Shown here in pieces: positions 18,717 to 28,870 of a stretch of 28,870 nucleotides of DNA. Location of the stretch: assembly GCA_963773065.1 (NCBI GenBank), contig CAVYZN010000018.1:1-28870 (forward strand). Direction: 5' to 3'. A program made the position numbers and the translations under genes. A model generated the notes under the pieces. The model saw only the letters and a program-made list of their open reading frames with translations. It searched no databases and was not told the DNA's origin. This stretch comes from an uncultured Gammaproteobacteria bacterium (GTDB lineage: Bacteria; Pseudomonadota; Gammaproteobacteria; UBA9214). Each line of letters begins with the position of its first letter. The first letter of the stretch is position 1.

Positions 18717-19433
18717 TCACTGACTGGTCTTTTTAAACACCAGAAAGTAATTGCTGCGCAGCACGGGTTTCTCTTCCACGAAATCGTAGCCGGCCGCCTG
18801 CACCTCCCGGATCACGGTGTCTCTGCCGGCGCGCACATGACCCATGATCCACGGCGGACTGACACGGAGGTCACGCCGGAAATCGATGATGACCAGCTCG
18901 CCGCCCGTGCGCAGTGCGCGGCGGATGGAGGCCAGCATGCTCGCGGGATACTCGAAGTGGTGATAGGTGTCGGTGATGAAGGCCAGGTCGATCGAGGCAT
19001 CCGGCAGGGTGACGTCCCGGGGTGTGTTGACGATGCCTTCCACATTGCCGAGTCCCTGCTCGCGGCAGGTGCGCAGGATATTCTCGATAAAGGTGGCCGA
19101 GATGTCGACGGCATAGACCTTGCCGGCGGGCGCCACGCGGGTGGCAAAGAGTCGCGTGAACAGACCGGTGCCGGCGCCGATATCCGCCACGGCCATGCCC
19201 GGACGGACACCGGTGGCGTCGACGATGGCATGACGCCGCGCGTAGACTTCGCGGCCCTCATTCTCGAAGGCGGCAACCCACTGCGCCCAGTCGGGGTTCT
19301 CGTAGTTACGGTTGATGCCGGGATTGACGCTTTGCTCCTGCGCCCGGATCGGCATGAGAACCAGGGCCAGGCCGATGCAGCACGCTATGAGCGCGTATTG
19401 CAGGATCTTCGGTTTTATTCGATTAGGGCGCAT
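18717..19433 (-). CDS. Class I SAM-dependent methyltransferase with N-terminal signal/TM segment
   Basis: VADIGAGTG, VYAVDI, DTYHHFEYP and L..GG.LVIIDF. Confidence 0.9.
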   Translation of the reverse strand: MRPNRIKPKILQYALIACCIGLALVLMPIRAQEQSVNPGINRNYENPDWAQWVAAFENEGREVYARRHAIVDATGVRPGMAVADIGAGTGLFTRLFATRVAPAGKVYAVDISATFIENILRTCREQGLGNVEGIVNTPRDVTLPDASIDLAFITDTYHHFEYPASMLASIRRALRTGGELVIIDFRRDLRVSPPWIMGHVRAGRDTVIREVQAAGYDFVEEKPVLRSNYFLVFKKTSQ

Positions 19434-19509
19434 GATGACCGGGTCCAGAGTACCTTTTCCCGCGTGCTAAAAGAAGCCGGGTGCAAGGCGCCGCTGTAGC
19501 GCACCCCAT

Positions 19510-21231
19510 TCACATTGATTGCGGTTTGGCGGCTCCGGGATGATCCGGCGCCGCCAGCAGGCGTGCGACCGCCGCGCTCGGGGGCGGGATGTGGCGCGCC
19601 GCCGTAGCGACCCAGATCATCGAGGAGCCGGTTTGCCTCAACCAGCAACGCGCCGCGTTCCGCGCTGGTCGCCGCGAACGCCGCCTCCGCCCTCACGTTG
19701 AGTTCCTCCAGTCCCCGTCCGAGGCCCGTGCGCAGCGCGCGTATCACCGTCGCTTCCGTGGAGGGCTTGAGGCGGCGGTGCAGCAATAAGGGCAGGAGCC
19801 AGGCGACCAGTACCAGCAGGAGGCTGTTAATGGCGAAGTCGGCGCCAAGATACGCCGCCTGCCCGGTCGGCGCCCTGCAGGAAGCCGGTGATCACCTGGT
19901 ACGACACCCACAGCAGGGCCGCGATGGGCAGCAGACTGAGCGCCGCGCCCGTGATGCGGCGCAGTGCGCGCTGCCACGGCGTGCCGGGACGGGCCAGTCC
20001 CTGGCGCAATGACTGTTGCAGTCTCTGATCGACCGTTTGACTGGCGGTGCCGATCACCGGCTGCAGGCGTGCGAGCAGCGGTTGCGGGGCCACCCCGATG
20101 CGCCGCAGTGCGATCTCCAGGGTATCGCAGACCTCGGTCAGCTTGCCCTGCGCCCAGGGGTCCCAGAGCGCGGTTGCCGCCTGACGTTCCCTGGCCGTGC
20201 GCGGCGCGGGCGGCGCTTCCCGCGAGCGTTCCAGTCCCCGTGTTTCCGTGTCATGGCGTTCCCCCAGCAAGCGCGTGAGCAGACCGGCGTCGCGGCTGGC
20301 GAATTCCGCGGCGATCTCCTGGATGGGCCAGATCATGCCGTCCGCGATCGCCGCCGCCGCGTGCGACCAGTCCCGCTGAAAACCGCTCCCTATGTCCCGC
20401 CAGTCAACCGTCTCCCCGAGGCGTCGCAGCGCCGCCTCCAGCACCGCGGCCAGGTCCTGCATATGGGCCCGGTGTCCGAGCCGCTCGAGTTCCTGTTGGC
20501 CGTGCTGGGCCTGCACGGCCCGGATCGCAGCCTCCAGCTCGTTGAACTGGTCATCCGGGCACGGTCCGCCGCCGCAGCAGGTGTGCAGCACCAGCGGGTC
20601 GGCAAAACCGGCCTCGATGCAGGATCGCGACCAGATCCGCCTGCTGTTCGGTCGCGCCCTCGTCCCAGTGATTCATGACGAACATCCAGCCATGGCGGTG
20701 GCCGCGCCGGCGCAACACCCGCCAGCCGATGTCGTCGCGGTAGCGTTCGGGGCTGACCACGTAGATCAGCAGGTCGACATGGGGGAGCCAGGCAAACGCC
20801 AGTTCCCGGTTTCCCTGTTCGGTGCTGTCGATATCCGGCATGTCGATCCACAGGACATCGCGCCGCGCCGCATCGGCATGCCGCGCGATGCGCACCTGGT
20901 TCACGGAGAAGTGTTCCGCCAGGGTGGCAAGTTCCACCGCCGCGTGCACATAGACCGTGACCTCGTGGGATGTCGGGCGCTCCACGCCGACGCGGGCGAT
21001 GGCTTGTCCGGCGAGGCGGTTGAGCAGGCTGCTCTTGCCCACGCCGGTGCCGCCGAAAAAGGCGACGACCAGGGGGCGGGCAGGTTGCGCCCGGGTGAAC
21101 AGGTCGGCCGGCGTGCGCTGTTCCACCTGCCGCAGCGCCTTGAGTTCCGTCTCGCCGAGCCAGGCCATGGCCTGCGCGCGGGCGATCCAGGCGCCGACCC
21201 GCTCGCGCAGTTGGGAGACCCGTTCAGTCAT
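19510..21231 (-). CDS. Dynamin-like/Era-like P-loop GTPase with C-terminal TM hairpin; several frameshifts
   Basis: G1 GGTGVGKS, G2 RPTS, G3 DMPDIDS, SPERY.D and G4 NHWD; helical region; hydrophobic LLPIAALLWVSY and LLLVLVAWLLP. The stop at 19510 is inferred from a shifted frame. Confidence 0.75.
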
Positions 21232-23056
21232 GCCGCCACGCCTTGAGCGCCTGTTCCGCCGCCGCGTACTCCGGCCGCGTAATGCCGAACAGACCGGGCG
21301 CCTCGAGGTTTTCGGCCAGCGCGCTTAACGCCTCCCGTACCGGGCCGTTGAATAGCCGCCGCTCTACGGCGGCATACTGGGCTGCTTCAGCCTGCCGGCG
21401 ACATGCGTCATGTAAGACCCGAGGGCGCCTTCGGTCAGCAGGGAGGTCAGCGACACCATCGCCGGCGCGAACAGCAGGTCGTTCAGCCCCACGCCCCCGG
21501 TTTTCAGCGCGAGGGCGATGGCCGCGGCGTCGGTGGTGAGGCGCGCCGCGCGCAGCGTGTTGAGCAGGGCGGGTTTGTGCTGCAGGTTCGCATACAGTTC
21601 ATGCGCCGCGGCCTCGATTTCCGGACTGGAAGTCGAGGTGGTGGCGATGGGCGGCCGCGGCGAACTGCCCGGTCAGGTCCGCCTGCCGTTCGGCGAGGCG
21701 CAGGCCGAGCGCCTGCCAGAACGCGGCGCCCGGCGCATGCGGCGTGCCGCGGCGCAGGGCATCGCGCGACAGCGTGGTGAGCAATTGCTCCAGCAGGTCG
21801 CGCAGGATCAGTTCCTCGCCGGGCAGGTCATGCGCCGCCCGGCCGCGCAGGCGCCCCGTGAGGGTCTTCAGGTGCCGGGAATCGAGGAGCTGGCGGGCCG
21901 GCCAGGTGATCGCCTGGCGGATGCGTGTCAGGGACTTGGCAAGCCCGGGCAATTCCAGCAATTGCAGGAGTTCCAGTATGGCCAGGCGAAAGGTGTCGAA
22001 ACGTTGCGGGTGATCCAGGAACTCATCCCGGTAGGCTGTCAGCGCCTGGCCGATGGCCGCGTCGATGGACTGCTCCCAGATTCCGGCCGCCCCGAGTTCG
22101 ATCGTGACCGGCGCCATCCAGGCCGTCCAGTGCGCGTTGCAGCAGCGCCCCCACGCCGGCGCCACGCCGCGGCGGTCCACGCCATCCAGCGCACGGTGCA
22201 GCGCCGCGCGCAGTTCGGCCGCCTCCGGCGGGCGGCCCGCGGCCGCGAACGCATCAATGTCGGGGCAGTAGGGTATGGCGATGACATCGATGGCGCCGGC
22301 CGCCGCCGTCAGTTCGGCGAGCCGGGTCCGCAAGCGCCGCCACCAGCAGGCTCCCGGGCGTCCCCGTTGGTCTTGTTCAGGCACACCACCAGGGACCGCC
22401 GCAGGGGTTCCAGCAACTGCAGGGTTTTCCACACCGACAGGTCCGCGTACTTCTCCTTGCTCACCACCAGCACGATCACATCGGCGAGCGCGGCGACTTC
22501 CAGCACGCCGCGTTGATAGCTGTGGGCCTTGAAGGAGTCGAAGTCGGGCGTGTCCCAGATCACCGTATCGGGGGCCATGCCGGCCGTGTCGCCGCCGAGG
22601 GTACGCAGGCCGTAGCAGTCGAGCCGGTCGCGGGTCAGCGCCGCGCTCGTCGAGGCGTTCCCAGCCGGGGAAAAAGGGCTTGATCCATGCCAGGCTCGCA
22701 TCCCGCGGCGTTGATGGCGAAACCCTGCGGGTGGATGGTGTAGCCTGCCAGCGGGCTCACCTCGGCGACGCGCTTGCCGAGCAGCAGATTGACGACGGTG
22801 CTCTTGCCGACCTGGGTCGGCCCCATCACGGCCACCTGCAGCGGACGCGTAGCTCGGGCCATCCAGGGCGGCGAGATCGCGCAGCGCCGCGTCGGCGAAC
22901 TGCAATGCCGCCAGACGCCGGGCCAGCTCATCCGTACTCAACGGCGCGAGGGGCATCGCGGTAGCGCTGCGCCAGCCTGGCGATGACTCGCGCGAGCGGC
23001 TCGCCGCCGGGTCGGCCGGCGGCGGTATGATCGTCTTCGCGGCTGTCAGGATTCAC
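21224..23056 (-). CDS. Second dynamin-like/Era-like P-loop GTPase; several frameshifts
   Basis: G1 GPTQVGKS, SPLAGYT, G3 DTPDFDS, SKEKYAD and G4 NKT; helical C-terminus ...PALLNTLRAARLTTDAAAIALALKTGG...AWRHD*. Its stop overlaps the next ATG (ATGACTGA). Confidence 0.75.
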
Positions 23057-23150
23057 GGCAGGGTATTTTGCCCGATGGCCGCCTCCGCGTCAGTGCCGGC
23101 TTCGTATCGGGAGGGTTGCGGGTGAATGAAGGCGAAGCCGCCCGCGACGG

Positions 23151-25817
23151 TTACTTCTGGTGCGCCGTAGGCATGCCGGCATCGCCGTTCACCGCCGCCG
23201 GTGCTTTCCCGGTAGCGGCAGGATGATCCGCATAGACCAGTTTCGCGCTCATGCGTGGCAGGCCGCTGATCAGGGACATCAACAACGCCGCCAGATAGGG
23301 GAGCGACTGCACGATCAGGACGATGATCCAGAGCAGGAGATCCAGGCTGTCCGATCCGTGCTTCATGACGATACCCGCGGCGGCGCCCCACAATGCCAGC
23401 ATGAACAGGCTTTCTTCACGCGCGCTCGCCAGGGCCTTCACCAGCGCCAGGCTGTGTTCCCGCTTGGGTGTGCGCAAAAAGGGCCTGCCGCTGGTGACCA
23501 TGCCTAACAGCATGGCCTTGGCGATAGTGTGCGAGAGCGCCAGCCCCGCGAGTATGGCGGCCAGTGTCTGCCAGCGCGGTTCCGACCACCCGGGCGCCCC
23601 GGTACAGGTAGATCACTTTGGCGATCTTGAAACTGAACAGCGCCAGCGGCAGGACGGAAAGGATGATCAACGGGGGGTCGAAGCGTGCCGGCATCATGAC
23701 CATCGCCAGTGACCAGCCCAGCGCAGCCAGGTTGAACACCAGGTTCATGCCGTCGGCGATCCATGGCAGCCAGCCGGCCAGGAAGTGATAGCGCTGACCG
23801 GCGGTCAGCCGACTGGCGCCGCCGCCGAACAGTTGCGCCGCATGGCGGCGCATGATCTGCATGGCGCCATACGCCCAGCGGAAGCGCTGGTTTTTGTAGT
23901 TCATGAACGTGTCGGGAATCAGGCCCTTGCCGTAGCTGTTCGGGAAATAGGTCGCCTCGTAGCCCTTCTCGAAGATGCGCAGGCCGAGTTCGGCATCCTC
24001 GGTAATGCTCCATTCGCTCCAGCCGCCGACCTCGGCCAGCACCGACCTGCGCACCAGGGTCATGGTGCCGTGCTGGATGATCGCGTTGCGCTCGTTGCGG
24101 GTGATCATGCCGATGAAGAAAAAGCCGCGATATTCCGCGTAACACATCGCCTTGAAGGCGTTCTCGCCGCCGTCCCGGTAATCCTGCGGCGCCTGCACGA
24201 TGGCGATCTGCGGGCGCTGGAACCGCGGCACCAGGTCGCGCAGCCAGTCCGGGTCGACGCAGATAGTCGCTGTCGATGACGGCGATGATCCGCGCCTCGT
24301 TCGCCGTGTGCGCGAGCGCGTAATTCAATGCCCCGGACTTGAAGCCGGCGAGGGGGTCGACGTGGAAGAAGCGGAAGCGCTCGCCGAGTAGCCGGCAGTG
24401 CGCCTCGACCGGCTTGCCAGACGGCGGGGTCCCTGGTATTGTTGTCGATGAGCAGGACCTCGTAGCGGGGATAATTCAGCCGCGCGAGGGTATCGAGCGT
24501 TTCAATCAGCATCTCCGGCGGCTCGTTGTAGGCTGGCACATGGATCGAGACCATCGGCAGGTCCGCATCGGCCATCGGCCGCGGCTTGAACAGCCGCCGC
24601 CGTTCCTGCACCCACAGCGCCTCGGCCCACTCATGCGCCTCGATCAGCAGCACCACGATCACCCCAATCATGCCGACCAGCATCAGCAGCCCTGATGATG
24701 ATGGTGCTGAGGGTCAGGTATTGATGGGTATATTCATAGACGATCCACACCGCGGCCGTGGCGGCGGCATAGGCGATGATGGCGAGAAAGCTGCGGCCAT
24801 GGCTGGTCAGCGTCTTGCTGTCGATCAGCAGCATGGCAAAGGTGATGGCGGCGAGCAGCACGGAGATCCCGGCCAGCTTGGGCCAGCCGGGGATTCCTAC
24901 AATGGGGTCGGAAAAGGCGAATTTCGGTTGCCTCTCGACGTCGAACACGCCCCAGTAGGCGCCCACGGCGCCTTCTGCCTGGCGTGCCGTTTTCCAAGGT
25001 TGATCAAAGGCTTCCATGATGTAGTAAATGTAATTTTCCTGCGCCGCCCGTTGGATGAAAGCGGCGCAGGAAGATCGCCTCATTCGCATCCGAGGCGACC
25101 GCGCCCTGGCGCGTGCGTCCATTGCTGGGCCAGCCAACCTCGGTAATCACGATCGGCTTGTCGGGATACATCACCCGCAGTTCATTGATGCGCTCGACCA
25201 CGAAGTCCACCGCCCGCTGCACGGGCACGCCTTCCCAGTAGGGCAGCACGTGCACCGCGAGGTAATCGACGTGCTTGACCAGCTCAGGGTTTTTCTTCCA
25301 GACGTGCCAGGGCTCCGCGGTGCTCACCGGAATTTTCACCTTGGCGCGCACCTTGCCGAGGTACTGGATCAACTTGGCGACCGGGATGTCCCCGCGCAGC
25401 ACCGCCTCGTTGCCGACGATCACCCGGACCACGTTGCGCCGGTGCTTTTGCGCGATCTCCAGCAGCCGCTTGATCTCGGCGTCGTTGTGATCGAGGCGGG
25501 TATCGAGCCACGCGCCCAGTGCCACGTTGATGCCGTGCTTGGCGGCTAGAGCCGGGAATCTCTGCCAGCGTCCCTTCCAGCGTGTAGGTGCGCACGGAGT
25601 TGGTCTTGCCCCTCAGCAAGACCAGGTCCTCCTCAATTTCCTGGACGGTTGGATAGCTGCCGAGCAGCGGGTTGTTGTGGGCCCGCATGGGTGAGAACGA
25701 GAAGCCCTGGATGACCGGCGGCCACGGCGGCTCGGTGTCCGGGCGGTTGATCCAGGCCCAGACGCTGATGGTGACCGCCGTGATGGCCACGGCGATGATG
25801 ATGTTGATCTTGTTCAT
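23151..25817 (-). CDS. ndvB: NdvB-like GH17 + GT2 fusion (periplasmic/cyclic beta-glucan synthase); several frameshifts
   Basis: GH17 motifs VGNE, HVLPYWEG, ITEVGWPS and EAFDQPWK; GT2 motifs HVPAYNEPP, DNNT, IDSDY, TED and QRFRW; C-terminal TM helices and FLRTPK. The true end could be 23053 if one more shift is present. Confidence 0.85.
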
Positions 25818-26045
25818 GAAAGACGGTTTACCGCTGGCGCTGATGTGCCCTCGCGCCCAGGTGCGGACACGGGCACCGTCGCGGCGCGGAAATCAGTATC
25901 TCCGTGGATCGTCGTCAGGTCTCGCATGGCCATTTATTGTGACTTTCTGGATGTCAGCCGGTGCGCTATTTATACACGATATTACCCGTACCGACAGTCC
26001 CGCCGGTTCAAGACGCGCGCTGGCGGTGTTTGCGCAGGCGCGTCG

Positions 26046-26681
26046 TTAATACGTGTAACCGGCCGGCGGTCGCGCCGCGCCGCGTACCGTCAACCAGGTG
26101 ACGGTCATGGCCATGACGCTGCCGAGAAAGGCCACAAAAGCGTCTTTCTGCGCATCCCAGGTATCGCCTTGGGTGCCGAGGTAGGCGGAGCCCAGTTCGG
26201 GACTGACGATTTCCGCGACGATGGCCTCGATGATTTCATAGAAGTTGCTGAAGGCCAGCACGACGGTTACGGTGAGCAGGTATGACCAGGACGTGCGCAC
26301 GCCCGTGGCTCGCAGCAGCAGTTCGCGAAACGGGTAGGCGATCAGCAGGCCGAAGGAAAAGTGCACGATGCGGTCGTAGTGATTGCGTTCCAGGGCGAAC
26401 AGGTCCTGGAGCCAGAAGCCGAACGGTGTTTCGGAATAGGTATAGTGCGCGCCGACCAGGTGCAGGCTGAGAAACACCGTGAACAGACCATAGGAGAGGT
26501 TGGAGAAGGCGAAGCGCCGGTAGCTGATCACCAGCAGGAATCCGTAGATAAAGACCAGCAGATTCTCGAGCAACCAGTCATGCCGGTTGAAGGGATCGAT
26601 CGCGGTGATCGCCCAGAGCACCACCAGCCAGAGCAGCATGCCCTGCAGGGGGCGATTGGCGCGAAACGGCAAGGGCTTCAT
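26046..26681 (-). CDS. DUF2238 family membrane protein
   Basis: DWLLEN, GAHYTYSETPFG, RNHYDRIVHF and YLGTQGD.WDAQKD. Start is inferred at ATG 26681. Confidence 0.92.
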   Translation of the reverse strand: MKPLPFRANRPLQGMLLWLVVLWAITAIDPFNRHDWLLENLLVFIYGFLLVISYRRFAFSNLSYGLFTVFLSLHLVGAHYTYSETPFGFWLQDLFALERNHYDRIVHFSFGLLIAYPFRELLLRATGVRTSWSYLLTVTVVLAFSNFYEIIEAIVAEIVSPELGSAYLGTQGDTWDAQKDAFVAFLGSVMAMTVTWLTVRGAARPPAGYTY

Positions 26682-26852
26682 AGCGGGCTCAGGATCGTGA
26701 TGGATGTATTCAATTTCTAGCATGACAGTTCCCGACATGCCATAGCAAGCCATGCTTCCGGTCGCGACGATCACGGACAAACCCCGATGCGGCAATGCCC
26801 GTTCCGGCCGGTATACTCGTCAGGTCAATTATCCACCCGGGAGGGTTTCCGC

Positions 26853-28091
26853 ATGAGGGTATTCAGCACGACCGGACGACTTGGCAAAACGGCGCGTCTC
26901 GCTTGCCTGCTCGGCGGCCTGTACGTTGCCGCGGCGCCGGCGCTCGAATACCGGCAACAGGAACTCATCCTCGAGGGCGGCGCCAGCCAGCGGGTGACTC
27001 TGCCGGCGGGTTATACCCTCGAGTTGCTGACTACGAAGCTGGATGGGCCGCGTCTGCTGACGTTTGCCGCTAACGGCGATCTGTTCATCGGCTCGAAATC
27101 CAGCAAGGTCTACCGGCTCGCGCCGCCCTACGCGCATCCCGAGGTGCTGATCACTCTGAACAACTACCCGCACAGCGTGGCGCTGCGCGATGGCGAGATA
27201 CTGATCGCGCAGACCGACGGCCTGTATCGCGCGCCTTACCGGCCGGGTCAAACGGCCATTCCGCCGGAGGCGCTCACCCTGCTGGCGGCATTACCGCCTG
27301 ACGGAGGGCACAGCAGCCGCACCGTGCGCATCGGTCCGGACGGGCGCGTGTACGTGAGCCTCGGCATCAGCCAGAATTGCAGCGACCAGTATCTGGGCGC
27401 CGATTATCCGTTCGATCAACGGCGCGGCGGCGTGCTGGTGCTGCGCGAGGACGGCGCGGCGCCGCGTTTCGAACCCTACGCCTCCGGTCTGCGCAACCCG
27501 GTCGGCTTCGACTGGCAGCCGGCGACCGGGGTTATGTATGCGAGCAACAACGGGCCGGACCACCACGGCTACGAGCAGCCGCCCGAATACTTCAGCCGTC
27601 TCGACGCCGGTTCGTTTCACGGCATGCCCTGGTTCCAGTACGACGGGGAGCGGCTGCGCCGCGACGAGTGCGTGAAGAGCCGGCCGCCGCGGCCGGAGAG
27701 CGATGTCGCCATCCCGGTCGCGACCTTTCCCGCGCGCAATGCGCCGATGGCCGTGGCCTTCGTGCCGCCGGGCGCCCTCGATGCGCAATACACGGGCGAT
27801 GCCGTGGTCGCCCTGCACGGCTCCTGGGGCACGCGACCAACCGGCGGGGCGTTCGGCAACCCCGCCACGCGCCGACCTCCCAAACTGGTGCGGGTGCGCT
27901 TCCGCGACGGCGTGGCGCAGGGCGTGGAAGATCTGGTCAGCGGGTTCCAGCTTGATAATGGCGAGCGCTGGGCGCGCCCGGTCGGCGTCGCCTTCGGGCC
28001 CGACGGCGCGCTTTATTTCACCAGCGACGGCGGCGCCACCGAGGGACTGTTCCGCCTGCGACGCCTATCACCGGCCGCGGCCACGAAGTGA
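26853..28091 (+). CDS. PQQ-dependent glucose/sorbosone dehydrogenase family beta-propeller, exported
   Basis: GGAGG RBS and signal peptide; GPDGRVYVSLG, ASGLRNPVG, ALHGSW and RPVGVAFGPDGALYFTSD. Confidence 0.9.
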   Translation: MRVFSTTGRLGKTARLACLLGGLYVAAAPALEYRQQELILEGGASQRVTLPAGYTLELLTTKLDGPRLLTFAANGDLFIGSKSSKVYRLAPPYAHPEVLITLNNYPHSVALRDGEILIAQTDGLYRAPYRPGQTAIPPEALTLLAALPPDGGHSSRTVRIGPDGRVYVSLGISQNCSDQYLGADYPFDQRRGGVLVLREDGAAPRFEPYASGLRNPVGFDWQPATGVMYASNNGPDHHGYEQPPEYFSRLDAGSFHGMPWFQYDGERLRRDECVKSRPPRPESDVAIPVATFPARNAPMAVAFVPPGALDAQYTGDAVVALHGSWGTRPTGGAFGNPATRRPPKLVRVRFRDGVAQGVEDLVSGFQLDNGERWARPVGVAFGPDGALYFTSDGGATEGLFRLRRLSPAAATK

Positions 28092-28133
28092 AGCGGGTGA
28101 ATGCGTGCTGACCTAGATGATTCCATCATCGAT

Positions 28134-28261
28134 GTAGGGCGAGTTAGGTACGCCGTTTGTGCCGTAACCCGCCAACTGTGCCGGCAGGCACTCATTAAAA
28201 AACGCATTGTGTTGCTGCGCAACGCCTGGCGGGTTACGCAAAATACGCTAACCCACCCTAC
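28134..28261. repeat. GTAG-type REP doublet (REPIN-like) between convergent genes
   Basis: GTAGGGCGAGTTAG...CGTAACCCGCCA (28134-28174) and the inverted TGGCGGGTTACG...CTAACCCACCCTAC (28227-28261). Confidence 0.85.
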
Positions 28262-28265
28262 AATT

Positions 28266-28287
28266 CTTTGCGTCTTTGCGGTGAAAA
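28266..28287. repeat. Half-copy of the CACCGCAAAG palindromic repeat
   Basis: CTTTGCGTCTTTGCGGTGAAAA matches 591-612 at 21/22 positions. Confidence 0.75.
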
Positions 28288-28347
28288 ATCCGAGCTGTAT
28301 CCGATGGCATTCCCGACATAGGCCAGCGTCTCCGCCCGCGCCGGCGA

Positions 28348-28848
28348 TCAGGGCGCCTCGTAGCGCACCCCGACGATGAGGTAATGCCGGACTCCGCCGG
28401 GTGTCTCGACTTGGACCTCGTCATCGAACGTCTTCTTCATCAGGGCGCGCGCCAGCGGGGCGTCCATGCTGATCCAGTCGCGGGCGGTGTCGAACTCGTC
28501 CGCGCCCACGATGCGATAGACTCGCTCTACGCCGTCGGCGTCTTCCAGGCTGACCCAGGCACCGAAAAAGATCAGCTCCGGATTGGACGGTGGACTCGAC
28601 ACCACCTTCAGCTCCGGCAGGCGCTTCTGCAGGTAGCGCAGGCGCCAGTCGATCTCGCGCAGTTCCTTCTTGCGATAGATATATTCGGCGTTCTCCGAGC
28701 GATCACCCTCGGCGGCGGCGGCAGTCAGGGCGCGAGTGACCTCGGCGCGGCGCAGCCACAGGTCCTTCAGTTCCTGTTGCAGAGCCTGATGGCCCTCCGG
28801 GGTGATGTAGGGCGAGGATTTCGGTGCGGGTGTCCGGTAACGTCCCAT
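28348..28848 (-). CDS. greB: Transcription elongation factor GreB
   Basis: [42 protein letters not shown] and IS.D.PLARAL. Confidence 0.95.
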   Translation of the reverse strand: MGRYRTPAPKSSPYITPEGHQALQQELKDLWLRRAEVTRALTAAAAEGDRSENAEYIYRKKELREIDWRLRYLQKRLPELKVVSSPPSNPELIFFGAWVSLEDADGVERVYRIVGADEFDTARDWISMDAPLARALMKKTFDDEVQVETPGGVRHYLIVGVRYEAP

Positions 28849-28870
28849 CGGGCGGTCTCTCGTGCAGGGC

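Noticed and set aside
19510-25817. Programmed frameshifting as the explanation for the split genes
   Set aside because: The shifts are numerous, occur in both directions and lack consistent slippery motifs; sequencing error is the simpler explanation.

Overview
This is a GC-rich gammaproteobacterial chromosomal window; gene content is compatible with a sulfur-oxidising Chromatiales-like organism (inference). Many conserved genes are broken by single-base indels, most likely long-read errors, so several calls below are stitched from multiple reading frames. Gene order: Met-rich coiled-coil membrane protein; nested palindromic repeat; orphan Cas6 (Cmx6-like) with no array or other cas gene; bacteriohemerythrin; MauG-type di-heme enzyme; M14 carboxypeptidase; GNAT-DUF3335 fusion; RMD1; low-complexity membrane protein; subtilase with a C-terminal sorting signal; a 1.45 kb segment bounded by near-identical 81-bp palindromic repeats (DUF1566/VPLPA-CTERM remnant plus a cassette-like GNAT gene); MscS-like/CBS/MgtE operon; truncated ATP-grasp; SHOCT protein; MITE; DUF2237; SAM methyltransferase; two tandem dynamin-like GTPases downstream of an NdvB-like GH17-GT2 glucan synthase; DUF2238; sorbosone/PQQ sugar dehydrogenase; REP doublet; greB. 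No rRNA, tRNA or CRISPR array was seen. The best candidates for new biology are the orphan Cas6, the repeat-bounded cargo segment, and the glucan synthase plus dynamin-like pair operon.
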